DNA of 60,603 nucleotides, counting the filler, from Sandaracinaceae bacterium (GTDB lineage: Bacteria; Myxococcota_A; Polyangia; Polyangiales; JADJQN01), in assembly GCA_947483975.1 (NCBI GenBank). It is 4 parts of 4 records of this genome, joined end to end, with 100 filler letters (N's around TTAATTAATTAA, not from the genome) between each part and the next. Parts side by side here need not be neighbours in the genome. Positions count along the whole stretch, not along the records: positions 30,401 to 45,475 come from CANKOL010000100.1; positions 45,576 to 60,603 come from CANKOL010000101.1; 2 more parts are not named here. One strand, given 5' to 3'. The notes under the pieces are model-generated. The model ran no database searches and was not told the origin of the DNA. It saw only the letters and a list, made by a program, of their open reading frames with translations. Numbering within the stretch: the stretch's first letter is position 1; every line of letters starts with the position of its first letter. Both the position numbers and the translations under genes were made by a program. Of the stretch, positions 37,395-46,613 are shown piece by piece.

Positions 37395-37446
37395 GTCGTT
37401 GCCGCGGCGAGTGCGCTGAGGGGCGCTGCGACGTAGCCTCTCCGCA

Positions 37447-38238
37447 GTGTCTCTGCTCGCGCATCTCTCGGACGTGCACCTCCTCGCGCCAGGCGAGGCG
37501 GTGCATGTGCCGATGCGCCTCGCGAGCACGGGGAGGGTGCTCGACGCGGAGGGCCGCATGGAGAAGCTGCGCGGCGCTCTCGCGGAGGCGCAGCGGGCGG
37601 CGGCGACGCACTTCGTCTTCTCGGGCGACCTCACGGAATTCGGCACGGAGCGGCAGTACGAGACGTTCGCCGAGCTGCTCTCGGAGGCGGGCCTCGGCGG
37701 CGACGCCGTCACGCTGATCCCCGGCAATCACGACGCGTACACCTCGCCGACGGGCTGGCGTCGCGCCATCGAAGGGCCGCTCCGCGCGTGGGCGCGAGGC
37801 GCCGCCGCCGAGCCCGGCAAGGTGCAGCCGATCGAGCGCGCCTTCGTGCTGCCGGTCGACGTCTCCCGTCATCAAAACGTGATCCGCTCGCAGGGTTACG
37901 TCACCGCAGAGGTCGGCGCCGCGCTCGCGAAGCGCCTCGCGGACCCCGCGCTCGCGCGTGAAGCCGTGCTCCTCGTCGTGCATCACACGCCCTTCAAGCA
38001 CGACAACGCCGCGTGGCAGTGGATCAACGGCCTGCACGACCAAGAGCGCGTCCTCTCGCTCCTCGAGCAGCACCCGCACGCGCACGTGCTGCACGGGCAC
38101 CTCCACCGCCGGATTCAGCGTCCGGTGGGCGAGGTCGCCCGACCGCGCGTGTTCTGCGTGCCCGCCGTCGTCAACGTCACAGGCGCGCGGATGCGCCTCT
38201 ACGACGTCGGCGATGGCGCCGTGACGCAGATCGACTGA
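37447..38238 (+). CDS. Calcineurin-like metallophosphoesterase (Icc/CpdA-like)
   Basis: 'HLSDVH', 'SGDLT', 'PGNHD', 'HH', 'HGHLH'. Confidence 0.88.
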   Translation: MSLLAHLSDVHLLAPGEAVHVPMRLASTGRVLDAEGRMEKLRGALAEAQRAAATHFVFSGDLTEFGTERQYETFAELLSEAGLGGDAVTLIPGNHDAYTSPTGWRRAIEGPLRAWARGAAAEPGKVQPIERAFVLPVDVSRHQNVIRSQGYVTAEVGAALAKRLADPALAREAVLLVVHHTPFKHDNAAWQWINGLHDQERVLSLLEQHPHAHVLHGHLHRRIQRPVGEVARPRVFCVPAVVNVTGARMRLYDVGDGAVTQID

Positions 38239-38283
38239 CGCGCGCCCGTCGGACTGCGCAAGCTGCGCGAGCGGAGGCGCGGC

Positions 38284-39132
38284 TCAGCCGAAGAGCGTGG
38301 CGGTCACCGGCATCGCAGGCACGCCCGTCGGCGCGGTGAGCACGCGCCGCTCCGCGAGCGCCGCCGCGAGCGTCACGTCCGCGAGCGTGATGCGCGCGTC
38401 GAGCGCGCCGGGCAGCGCCTCGACGACGAGCGGCAGCGCGAACGCCCGCACCGTGAGCGGACTCGACAGCAGGTGCTCGTGGAGCGCGTGCCCGAACGCG
38501 AACACGACGACGTCCCCGTTGCGCACCGACGCCCCGAGCGCGTCGGCGTCTGCGCGCTCGAGGGCAGCGTTCACGCCGGGCGCGGCGTCGGGCGTCGAGA
38601 GCACGAGGATGCCGCCCTCGTCGAACATCGAGAGCGCGTCTTGCTCTCGCGTGCGCGCGCCGGGGATCCGCGGGGCGCCGTCGAGGACGTAGGCGCGCAG
38701 CGCGCTCCGCTGCCGCTCGTTGACCGCGCGCTTCGCCGCCGGGAAGGTCGCCCAGATCAGCATATTCAGGAAATCATGCCAAGAGTCCGCGCGGCTCGGC
38801 ACCTCGCCGCGCACGTAGATCCGCTCGTCGTAGATCGTCCCGACGTCCACCGGCGCGCGCCGGCGGCGGGACTTGCTCTTCGGCGGCGAGAGCGCGAAGC
38901 CGATCGGGAGGCCGTGTTCCGTCACGAGCGGCGTCGCGAGCCCAGCGGCCTCGAGCGCGCCGCGCCACGTCGCGGGCTGAGGCCACTCGCGCGCGTCCGC
39001 GAAGCACGCGGCGGCGCGCTCGAGCGCGGCGTGCGCTGGGTGCCCGGCAATGAAGCGCGCGTCCCACGTCGTGCGCGGGACGAGCGGCAGCATCGCGGCG
39101 TTCTCGGAGGCGGGCGGCGCTTGGACCATCAC
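38284..39132 (-). CDS. DUF3025-domain protein
   Basis: 'YDERIY..GEVPSR..SWHDFLN.LIW..FP.AK', 'DALSMFDEGG', 'FGHALHE'. Confidence 0.8.
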   Translation of the reverse strand: MMVQAPPASENAAMLPLVPRTTWDARFIAGHPAHAALERAAACFADAREWPQPATWRGALEAAGLATPLVTEHGLPIGFALSPPKSKSRRRRAPVDVGTIYDERIYVRGEVPSRADSWHDFLNMLIWATFPAAKRAVNERQRSALRAYVLDGAPRIPGARTREQDALSMFDEGGILVLSTPDAAPGVNAALERADADALGASVRNGDVVVFAFGHALHEHLLSSPLTVRAFALPLVVEALPGALDARITLADVTLAAALAERRVLTAPTGVPAMPVTATLFG

Positions 39133-39266
39133 GTCGGGACGGCAGACACGGGGCTGAGGGCCGTCATCGACGCAGCGTACCCCGACCCAGCGCGAGCGTG
39201 CAGCGCGAGGCCGCTCCCGCGGCGAGCCGGGAGGGCGCCGTCCGCGCTGGGCTCACGCAGTGGCCG

Positions 39267-41903
39267 CTACCAGCACTGGGTGCCGTGGCAGCCGGCGGGC
39301 GCGCAGCTACCGGCGCCGCCGCACGCCGTCGAGTTGAACGTCGGCACGCTCACCTCGACGATCCCGTTGACGTGCTGGTCGACCCGCAGCAGCGCGCCCG
39401 TCGCGCTGACGCTCGCTGCGTGACAGCGGTTGCAGGTGTATCCGAGGCTGCGCACGTGCCGGTCGTGCTCGCCGCTCATCGCCCGAAGTTGCGTCGAGGT
39501 CGCGCCGGTGAACGGTGCATGACACGAGCCGCAGTTGAGCGTCGGGTTCGTGTCCCACTCGGGCGCGGCGGCGCGCACGTTGCCGTTGCCGTGGCAGTAG
39601 GTGTTGCCGCAGCCTCCGGTCGTCGTTGCGTACGTCGTGCCCGCGCCGAGGATCGGGCCGAACGCCACCTCCGCGCGCGCGTCGCCGTCGATGTGCCCGA
39701 CGGACAGCGCGGACGTCGGCGTCGTCGCCCCATGGCAGAAGGTGCAGTTCCACGCGGAGTGCATCGTGGTCGCGGACACGTGCTCCGCGTGCGCGCCGAC
39801 CGTGATGTCGAGGCGCGCGAGCTGCCCATCGACTCCCTCGGGCGGTGACGACACTCCAGTGGTCCGATTGCCGTGGCAGAACGTGCAGTCGGTCTGCCAG
39901 CCGGAGTGGCAGCTCTCGCACGAGACCCCGACCGTGCCCCCCGTGAGCGTCGCGCCGTGGCAGCTCTGGCACGCGCTCGCGCCGCTCGCGTTGAACGTGC
40001 GGCCGTGGCTCGTCGGGGCCGCCCAGCCTGGCGGGTGGTAGTTCGTGCGCTGCACGATGCCGTCGACGTGGAGCGCTGGGGCGGTGATGATGCCGGCCGC
40101 GCTGATCACGGTCGAGTGGCACATATTGCAGTTGAGCTCGCTCGGGTGCGCGCCCCCCGGTGGGATGCCGTGGCAAGTGCCGCACGCTGCCTGCAGACCG
40201 TCGACGCGCGCCCAGGTCGGCGTCGTCAGCGTGCCGCCCGACATCAGCGTCGGGCCGTGGCAGTAGGTGCCAGTGCAGGTGGTCCCGTTGAACGCGGGGC
40301 TCGCCCCGTCGGCGTTCGCGACCGCTCCCCAGGTGAGCTCAGCCGGGAGCGCCGTGTCGATGTGCCCGACCGCCGACACCGCCGCCGGCACGAGGTGGCA
40401 CTCCGTGCACGCGATCTCGCGGCGCCAGGTCGAGCTGCGGAGGTGGCTCGCGTGGGCACCGACGCCACGCCGTGAGGTCGCCGTACCGCCCGTCGTGTCG
40501 GTCGGCGGCGCCGGGCCGACGGCGACATCGCCGTGACAGCTCGTGCAGGTCATGGCCGTGATGTCGACGACGCCGTCGATGTGCCGCGCGGGGTCGATGA
40601 TGTCGCCCGCGGCGTTCATCGTCGGATGGCACGTCGAGCAGTTCCCCGACGACGGGTGCGTGCCGCCTGGCGGGAGACCGTGGCAGGTGCCGCAGGCCGA
40701 CTGGCTTCCGTCGACCGTCGTCCAGTTCGGCGCCGTGTTCGTGCCGCCGGGCTGCAGCGTGGCGCCGTGGCAGTACGCGCCGGAGCAACGCGCCCCGTCG
40801 AAGCCCGGGGACGCCGTGTCGGCCGTCGCGAGCGCGCCCCAGGTCAGCTCTGCGGGGAGCGCCGAGTCGATGTGGCCGACGTCCGTCACTGCGGCGGGCA
40901 CGTCGTGGCACTCGGTGCAGCCGATCTCATGGCGCCACGTCGACGTGCGCAAATGGCTCGCGTGCGCGCCGACGCCGCGCCGCGAGGTCGCCGTCCCGCC
41001 GCTGGAGTCTCGCGGAGGCGCGGGCCCGGTGGCGAGGTCCCCGTGGCAGCTCGTGCAGTTCAGCGCGACGACGTCGACGACGCCGTCGATGTGGCGCGCC
41101 GGGTCGGTGATCTCGCCCGCGGCGTTCATCGTCGGATGGCACGTCGAACAGAGGCCCGAGGTCGGGTGCGAGCCGCCAGGCGGCAGCCCGTGGCAGGTCC
41201 CGCAGTCGGCCTGCGTGCCGTCGACCGTCGTCCAGTTGGGCGTCGTGTTCGAACCGCCCGGCAGCAGCGTCGCGCCGTGGCAATACGCGCCTGCGCAGCG
41301 CACGCCGTCGAAGGCCGGCGTCGCAGAGTCGGCCGTGGCGAGCGCGCTCCAGGTCAGCTCCGCCGGGCGCGGCGTGTCGATGTGCCCGACGTCGCGCATC
41401 GCGGTGGGCACGATATGACAGTCGGTGCAGGCGACCTCGCGGTGCCACGCCGACGTGCCGAGATGGCTGCGGTGCGCTCCGACTCCCCGCTCTGCCGTGC
41501 TCGTCGTCCCGCGCAGACCGATCGGGGGCGCCGGGCTATCGACGTCGCCGTGACAGTCGTGGCAGGTGACCGCTGGCGCTGGCCCCGCGTCCTCGGCGCC
41601 CGCGTCGGGCGCCGCCGCCCCTGCGTCGTCGTTGAGCCCCGCGTCGAGCACGTCTCCGTCGAGTACGTCTCCGTCGAGCAGGTCTCCGTCGAGCAGGTCG
41701 CCGTCGAGCACGTCGCCGTCGATTGCGCCGCCGTCGACCGCAGGGCCAGCGTCCACGCGCCCGGCGTCTTGGCCGCCCCCGTCCCCCGACACTGCGCCAT
41801 CGCCCGGGCCGCCATCGGCGGAGTTCGCCGGCGTATCGGCCGCGCACGAGGCAAGCAACAATCCGAGAGCGAGCACGAGTGATCCGTGTGCAGCCCGACG
41901 CAT
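39267..41903 (-). CDS. Multiheme c-type cytochrome lipoprotein (CxxxxCH/CxxCH family), ~23 heme motifs
   Basis: ATG 41903 with GGAGG; lipobox 'LLLASC'; 18 CxxCH and 5 CxxxxCH motifs by manual count; three ~170-aa repeats. Confidence 0.9.
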   Translation of the reverse strand: MRRAAHGSLVLALGLLLASCAADTPANSADGGPGDGAVSGDGGGQDAGRVDAGPAVDGGAIDGDVLDGDLLDGDLLDGDVLDGDVLDAGLNDDAGAAAPDAGAEDAGPAPAVTCHDCHGDVDSPAPPIGLRGTTSTAERGVGAHRSHLGTSAWHREVACTDCHIVPTAMRDVGHIDTPRPAELTWSALATADSATPAFDGVRCAGAYCHGATLLPGGSNTTPNWTTVDGTQADCGTCHGLPPGGSHPTSGLCSTCHPTMNAAGEITDPARHIDGVVDVVALNCTSCHGDLATGPAPPRDSSGGTATSRRGVGAHASHLRTSTWRHEIGCTECHDVPAAVTDVGHIDSALPAELTWGALATADTASPGFDGARCSGAYCHGATLQPGGTNTAPNWTTVDGSQSACGTCHGLPPGGTHPSSGNCSTCHPTMNAAGDIIDPARHIDGVVDITAMTCTSCHGDVAVGPAPPTDTTGGTATSRRGVGAHASHLRSSTWRREIACTECHLVPAAVSAVGHIDTALPAELTWGAVANADGASPAFNGTTCTGTYCHGPTLMSGGTLTTPTWARVDGLQAACGTCHGIPPGGAHPSELNCNMCHSTVISAAGIITAPALHVDGIVQRTNYHPPGWAAPTSHGRTFNASGASACQSCHGATLTGGTVGVSCESCHSGWQTDCTFCHGNRTTGVSSPPEGVDGQLARLDITVGAHAEHVSATTMHSAWNCTFCHGATTPTSALSVGHIDGDARAEVAFGPILGAGTTYATTTGGCGNTYCHGNGNVRAAAPEWDTNPTLNCGSCHAPFTGATSTQLRAMSGEHDRHVRSLGYTCNRCHAASVSATGALLRVDQHVNGIVEVSVPTFNSTACGGAGSCAPAGCHGTQCW
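41642..41722. repeat. 15-bp coding tandem repeat (DGD[V/L]L x5) in cytochrome linker
   Basis: GTCGAGCA(C/G)GTC(T/G)CC-type units; protein IDGDVLDGDLLDGDLLDGDVLDGDVLD. Confidence 0.85.
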
Positions 41904-42101
41904 TCGGCACCTCCAGCGATGGATGGCCGCCGCGTGCGGCACCGCCCGCTCTTCAGGGCCACGTGCGCCCGGGAGGCAATCCGCGGATGACCTCGATCAA
42001 GCGCTCATCCGCTACGGCCACAATTGGGGCGCCCCTCGTCCGGCGCGTGCTGCGTCCGGAGAGGGGCGAGGTCGCCGCTGAAGGTTCGGCGCGCGCCGCG
42101 G

Positions 42102-43079
42102 CTACACGCCGCCGAGCGCGTCGAGCTTCTCGCCGAGCAGCTTCTCGGCCTGCACGAGCGCCTTCGAGAAGCCGTCGATGCCCTCGGCGAGCTTGTCGTT
42201 CGCCATGCGGTCCTCGGCGTGCATCTTGCGGAAGACCGCCTCGTCCATCGCGATGCGCGCGAGCCCGAGCGCCTGCGCGTTCGCCGCGTCGAGCTTGCGG
42301 GGCAGCGTGCCCTCGGTGCTCTTCAGCTCCGCGAGGAGCTGCGGCGAGATCGTGAGCAGATCGCAGCCCGCAAGCTCGGTGATCTCGCCGACGTTGCGGA
42401 AGCTCGCGCCCATCACCTCGGTCTTGTGCCCGTGGCGCTTGTAGTAGTTGAAGATCGTCGTCACCGAGACGACGCCCGGATCCTCGTGCGAGGGATAGCT
42501 CGCGCGGCCGGTGTCCTTCTTGTACCAGTCGAGGATGCGTCCCACGAAGGGCGAGATCAGCGTCGCGCCGGCCTCCGCGCACGCGATGGCCTGATGCAGC
42601 CCGAAGAGCAGCGTCAGGTTGCAGTGAATGCCCTCCTTCTCGAGGACCTCGGCGGCGCGGATCCCCTCCCAGGTCGAGGCGATCTTCACGAGGATGCGCT
42701 GTCGGCTGACGCCCGCGGCCTCGTACCAGCCGATCAGCTTGTGCGCCTTCTCGACGGTGCCTGCGGTGTCGAAGCTGAGGCGCGCGTCGACCTCCGTCGA
42801 GACGCGTCCGGGGATGATCTCGAGGATCTTCCGGCCGAATTCCACGGCGAGCCGGTCGAGCGCGTTCGTGATCTGCTGCTCGCGCGAGCCGCCCTGCGCG
42901 TGCGCCCAGCGGACCGCCTCGGTGACGAGGTCGGCATACTCGGGCATCTGCGCGGCGGCGGTGATCAGCGACGGGTTCGTCGTCGCGTCGCGCGGGCGGA
43001 ACTTCTCGATCGACTTGAAGTCCCCCGTGTCGGCCACGACCACGGTCATCTCGGTCAGCTGTTCGAGCAGGTTCGCCAT
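42102..43079 (-). CDS. tal: Transaldolase
   Basis: 'VVVADTGD', 'DATTNPSLI', '[12 protein letters not shown]', 'KIASTWEG', 'NLTLLF', '[11 protein letters not shown]'; ATG 43079 with GGAGGAG. Confidence 0.98.
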   Translation of the reverse strand: MANLLEQLTEMTVVVADTGDFKSIEKFRPRDATTNPSLITAAAQMPEYADLVTEAVRWAHAQGGSREQQITNALDRLAVEFGRKILEIIPGRVSTEVDARLSFDTAGTVEKAHKLIGWYEAAGVSRQRILVKIASTWEGIRAAEVLEKEGIHCNLTLLFGLHQAIACAEAGATLISPFVGRILDWYKKDTGRASYPSHEDPGVVSVTTIFNYYKRHGHKTEVMGASFRNVGEITELAGCDLLTISPQLLAELKSTEGTLPRKLDAANAQALGLARIAMDEAVFRKMHAEDRMANDKLAEGIDGFSKALVQAEKLLGEKLDALGGV

Positions 43080-43137
43080 GAGATCTCCTCCGCGCGGTTC
43101 GTCCGGTCGGCGCGCAGAGAGTAGCAGCCGAGGCGCG

Positions 43138-43195
43138 GGCTGTAAGGCTCGTCGCCGCGTCGGCTGTAAGGCTCGTCGCCGCGTCGGCTGTAAGG
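43138..43195. repeat. 24-bp tandem repeat (2.4 copies) in tal/vWA divergent region
   Basis: GGCTGTAAGGCTCGTCGCCGCGTC x2 plus GGCTGTAAGG. Confidence 0.9.
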
Positions 43196-43223
43196 TCGCG
43201 CGCGGTCGCGCGTTTCCTCGTGG

Positions 43224-44678
43224 ATGACCCGCACTTCGTCGCTCTTCGCCGCGCTCTGTCTCCTCGCCGCGTGCGCAGGCAGCGACGCGAGCTACACACG
43301 CTGGCGGGGCCGAACCGCGCGCGGCGAGGTCGCGCGCGCCGAGGAAATTCGGGCGTCTGAGCTCATCGGCTATCACGCCGACGAGGACGCCCCGCGCCCG
43401 TCGGAGCCGCAGCCCGCCGGCTCGGGCGGGCTCTACGTCGCCGCAGAGCTCGGCGAGCCTCGCTTGCCTGCGGGCAGCGCGACCCATCCGCTGCTGCAAG
43501 TCTCGGTGCGCGGCGCGCGCGGGGCGGCGCGGCATGCCGCGAGCCTGGTGCTCGTGCTCGACACCTCGGGCTCGATGGGCGAGGCGACGAGCGCCGAGGG
43601 CACGAAGCTCACCGACGTGAAGCACGCGGTCACGCGCCTGCTCGAGCAGCTGAGCGACGAGGACCACGTCGCGCTCGTCGCGTTCGACTCGAGCGCCCGT
43701 GTGCTGCTCCCGCCGACGCGCCTCGGCGACGTGCGCAGCCGCGCGACCGCGCTCGTCGGCGCGCTCGAGTCGGGCGGCTCGACCAACCTGCACGAGGCGC
43801 TCGCGCGCGGCGTGGAGCTCGCGCGCTCACGCCCGCTCTCGCGCGGCGTCGACCGCGTCGTGTTGCTGACCGACGGGATGCCGACCGCTGGCGAGCAGAG
43901 TCCCGAGGCGTTCGACTCGCTGCTGCGCTGCGCCGTCGCGGGCGGAGTGCACGTGACGACGATCGGCGTCGGGCGCGCGATCGACGACGCGCTCCTGTCG
44001 CGCATCGCCCGTGAGTCGGGCGGCGCCTATCACTACGTCGACCGCGCGGACGAGGTCGAGCGAGTCTTTTCGCAGGAGCTGCGCTCGCTCGCGGAGCTCG
44101 CCGCGCGTGACGTCGTGCTCCGCATCGAGCTGCCCGCGGGCTGGTCGCTCGTGCAGGCGTACGACGAGCAGACGAGCGCCGACGGGCAGAGCATCGTCTC
44201 GCGGCTCGGCGATCTCGGCGGCGACGAGGCGGCCGTGCGCCTCTACGAATTGTCCGCGCCGAGCGTCGCGCTCGCGGGCGCCGAGGACCTGCACGTGCGG
44301 GTCACGCTGCGCGCGCCCGAGGCGCTGACGACCGCGTCCGAGCAGACGCTCACCGCCGCGCAGCGCATCGTCGTGACGCGCGACGGCGCGCTCCCGTATG
44401 CTCCCGCGCGAGGAGGCGCCGTGCTCAGGAATCTCGTGCTCGGCCGCATCGCAGGCGCGCTCCGCGACGCAGAGCTTCGCCGCCGCGGTGGAGACGTCGG
44501 CGGGGCGCTCGTCGCGCTCGACGCCGCCCTCGCTGACGCGCGCGAGGCCCGCGCACTGCTCGTCGCGCAAGCCGACGCGCACCGCGCCGAGACGCTCGAC
44601 GAGCCGCTCGCGCTCCTGACGGGGACGCGCGCGCTCGTCGCGCGAGGCGCGCAGAGCGGCCGCGCAGGGGCCGATTGA
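43224..44678 (+). CDS. vWA-domain lipoprotein
   Basis: Lipobox 'LLAAC'; MIDAS 'DTSGSM', 'GGSTNL', 'LLTDG', 'TTIGVG'. Confidence 0.85.
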   Translation: MTRTSSLFAALCLLAACAGSDASYTRWRGRTARGEVARAEEIRASELIGYHADEDAPRPSEPQPAGSGGLYVAAELGEPRLPAGSATHPLLQVSVRGARGAARHAASLVLVLDTSGSMGEATSAEGTKLTDVKHAVTRLLEQLSDEDHVALVAFDSSARVLLPPTRLGDVRSRATALVGALESGGSTNLHEALARGVELARSRPLSRGVDRVVLLTDGMPTAGEQSPEAFDSLLRCAVAGGVHVTTIGVGRAIDDALLSRIARESGGAYHYVDRADEVERVFSQELRSLAELAARDVVLRIELPAGWSLVQAYDEQTSADGQSIVSRLGDLGGDEAAVRLYELSAPSVALAGAEDLHVRVTLRAPEALTTASEQTLTAAQRIVVTRDGALPYAPARGGAVLRNLVLGRIAGALRDAELRRRGGDVGGALVALDAALADAREARALLVAQADAHRAETLDEPLALLTGTRALVARGAQSGRAGAD

Positions 44679-45253
44679 GCTGGGACGCGGCGCGAGAGCG
44701 GGCGCTCTGTCAGGCGGCGTCGCGCGGCGACCGCGAGGCCCTGCGCGAGCTCTGCACGTACTTCGCAGAGCCGCTCTTCGCCGGCGTGATCTTGCCGCGC
44801 ATCGGGAATCGCGCGGACGCCGAGGACATGCTCCGCGAGACGCTGCTGCGCGCGGTGCAGGGCTTCGAGAGGTTCGAGTACGGCGCCGCGGGTGTGTGGC
44901 CCTGGCTGCGGAGGATCGCGATGAACCTCGTCATCGACCGAGCGCGCAAGGCGCGCGTCCGCGAGCGGCACGAGCAGGTGTACGAGGCGGAGCTGCGCAC
45001 GCTGCCGCCGAGCACGACGCCCGGCGCCGAGGCCGACCTGATCGCGGCGCAGGAGCGCCTGCTCGCCGAGCGACAGCTGCGCGGCGCGCTCGCGCGCCTC
45101 AACGAGCGCTATCGGCGGGCGATCGAGCTGCGCGTGCTCGAGGAGCGACCGCGCCTCGAGGTCGCCGCGCTGCTCGGCGTGACGCCGCCGACCTTCGATG
45201 TCCTGCTGCATCGCGCGCTCGCCGCGCTGCGTAAGTCCTGGGAGACGACATGA
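44675..45253 (+). CDS. ECF RNA polymerase sigma factor
   Basis: 'GDREAL..L', 'DAEDMLRET', 'WLRRIAMNLVIDRARK', region 4 'LNERYRRAIELR'; TTG overlaps vWA stop. Confidence 0.88.
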   Translation: MSWDAARERALCQAASRGDREALRELCTYFAEPLFAGVILPRIGNRADAEDMLRETLLRAVQGFERFEYGAAGVWPWLRRIAMNLVIDRARKARVRERHEQVYEAELRTLPPSTTPGAEADLIAAQERLLAERQLRGALARLNERYRRAIELRVLEERPRLEVAALLGVTPPTFDVLLHRALAALRKSWETT

Positions 45254-45475
45254 GCGAACAGAAGAATCACGATGATGACGCGCTCCATGAGGTGGAGGCG
45301 ACGGCCGATGAGCTGCGCGCTGCCGAGGCGTTGCGCGCGGCGCTCGAGCAGCGGACGCCCGCGTGGAGCCGCGGCGCGACCCTCGGTGACGAGGGGCTCC
45401 TCGACGTCGCGCTCCGTGCGCGCGCAGCCCTCGGTCATGCGCCTCCGCTCGACGCGGCGGTGCGTGCGGCGAGCG
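45250..45475 (+). CDS. Hypothetical protein, possible anti-sigma factor, truncated at contig end
   Basis: ATGA overlap with the ECF gene and GGAG SD; positional inference only. Confidence 0.5.
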
Positions 45476-45575
45476 NNNNNNNNNNNNNNNNNNNNNNNNN
45501 NNNNNNNNNNNNNNNNNNNTTAATTAATTAANNNNNNNNNNNNNNNNNNNNNNNNNNNNNNNNNNNNNNNNNNNN
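45476..45575. other. Artificial contig linker
   Basis: 100 nt N with TTAATTAATTAA. Confidence 0.99.
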
Positions 45576-46487
45576 CGCAGAGCCCGCGCCCGCCGCGGCG
45601 CAGAACGCGGCGATCGCGGGCGCCGCGTAGCTCAGCCCCTCGCCGCGCTCCGTGGCCGAGTTGACCACGTTCACGACGAAGCAGCGGCCGCTCCATTGAT
45701 AGTCCATCGCGCCCGAGTCGAGCACGCCGACGAGCTGTCCGAGGTCGTTGAACACGCCTGAGCCCGAGTTGCCCGCGAACGCGTCCACGCTCGCGGTGAA
45801 GGTCCGCGGTCCGCTCGAGATCACCGCGCCGTTCGACGCGATCTTGATCGGGATGCCGTCGGGGTGCCCGATCAGCGTGAGCGCTGTGCCCGTGGCGAGC
45901 GGCGCGACGGGGCCCGCGAACGCCGCGGGCGTGTGCCCGACGACGTCGCGATCGAGCTCGATCACCGCGTAATCGACGGTGCCGTCCATCGTCCGCACGA
46001 CGACGCGCGAGCAGGTGTAGACGTCGTCGGAGGTCAGCGGCGCGAGCACGCCGGGCGACTCGTAGCGGAGGCCGAGCACCCAGGCGTCGGTGCCGGCGCA
46101 GTTGCGCGCCGACGCGATGCAGTGCCCGGCGGTGAGGATGTGCCGATTGTCGATCAGCGTGCCCGAGCACGACGCCGCGGTGATCTGGTCGGCGAAGCGC
46201 TCGCCCGTGCAGAGCTGCGCCGCCTCGCCGAGCGTCGTCGCGCTCGTGACGCGCACGTGCGCCGGATCGCTCTGGTCGAGGTCGTAGGTGCTGACCTGCC
46301 CCGCGATCGCAGACTCCGCGAGCGCGCGCAGCGACGCGCTCGAGCTCTCGTAGGGCTCGACGCGGTCGTCGACGTCGTAGACGACGGGCGCGCGCGCGGC
46401 GCCTACCTCGTCCTGCGTGGCGCAGGCGGCGAGGGAGAGCAAGAGCGCGAGTCCGAGGCGGTCGGGTGAGCCGGTGAAGAAGGTCAC
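45576..46487 (-). CDS. Trypsin-like (S1) serine protease lipoprotein, 3'-truncated
   Basis: 'LSLAAC' lipobox; 'CSGTLI...LTAGHC', 'DYAVI', 'GNSGS' triad; GTG 46487 lies 7 nt after TACACT. Confidence 0.87.
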
Positions 46488-46613
46488 GCAGCCGAGTGTA
46501 GCGGCAGTTCGTGTGGATGCGTGCGAGTCGAGCGTTGCCTCGCGCGCGTCTCGGAGTGCGACCCTACGATGGTCAGTGGCACGCACGCGGCGCCCCTCGC
46601 GTGAGCGCTCCCC

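Noticed and set aside
33899..37717. 1272-aa ORF and other long Arg/Ala-rich ORFs (e.g. 8116-10050, 10678-13341, 35553-37727, 54909-57143)
   Set aside because: Shadow frames of real genes in high-GC DNA; no motifs, biased composition
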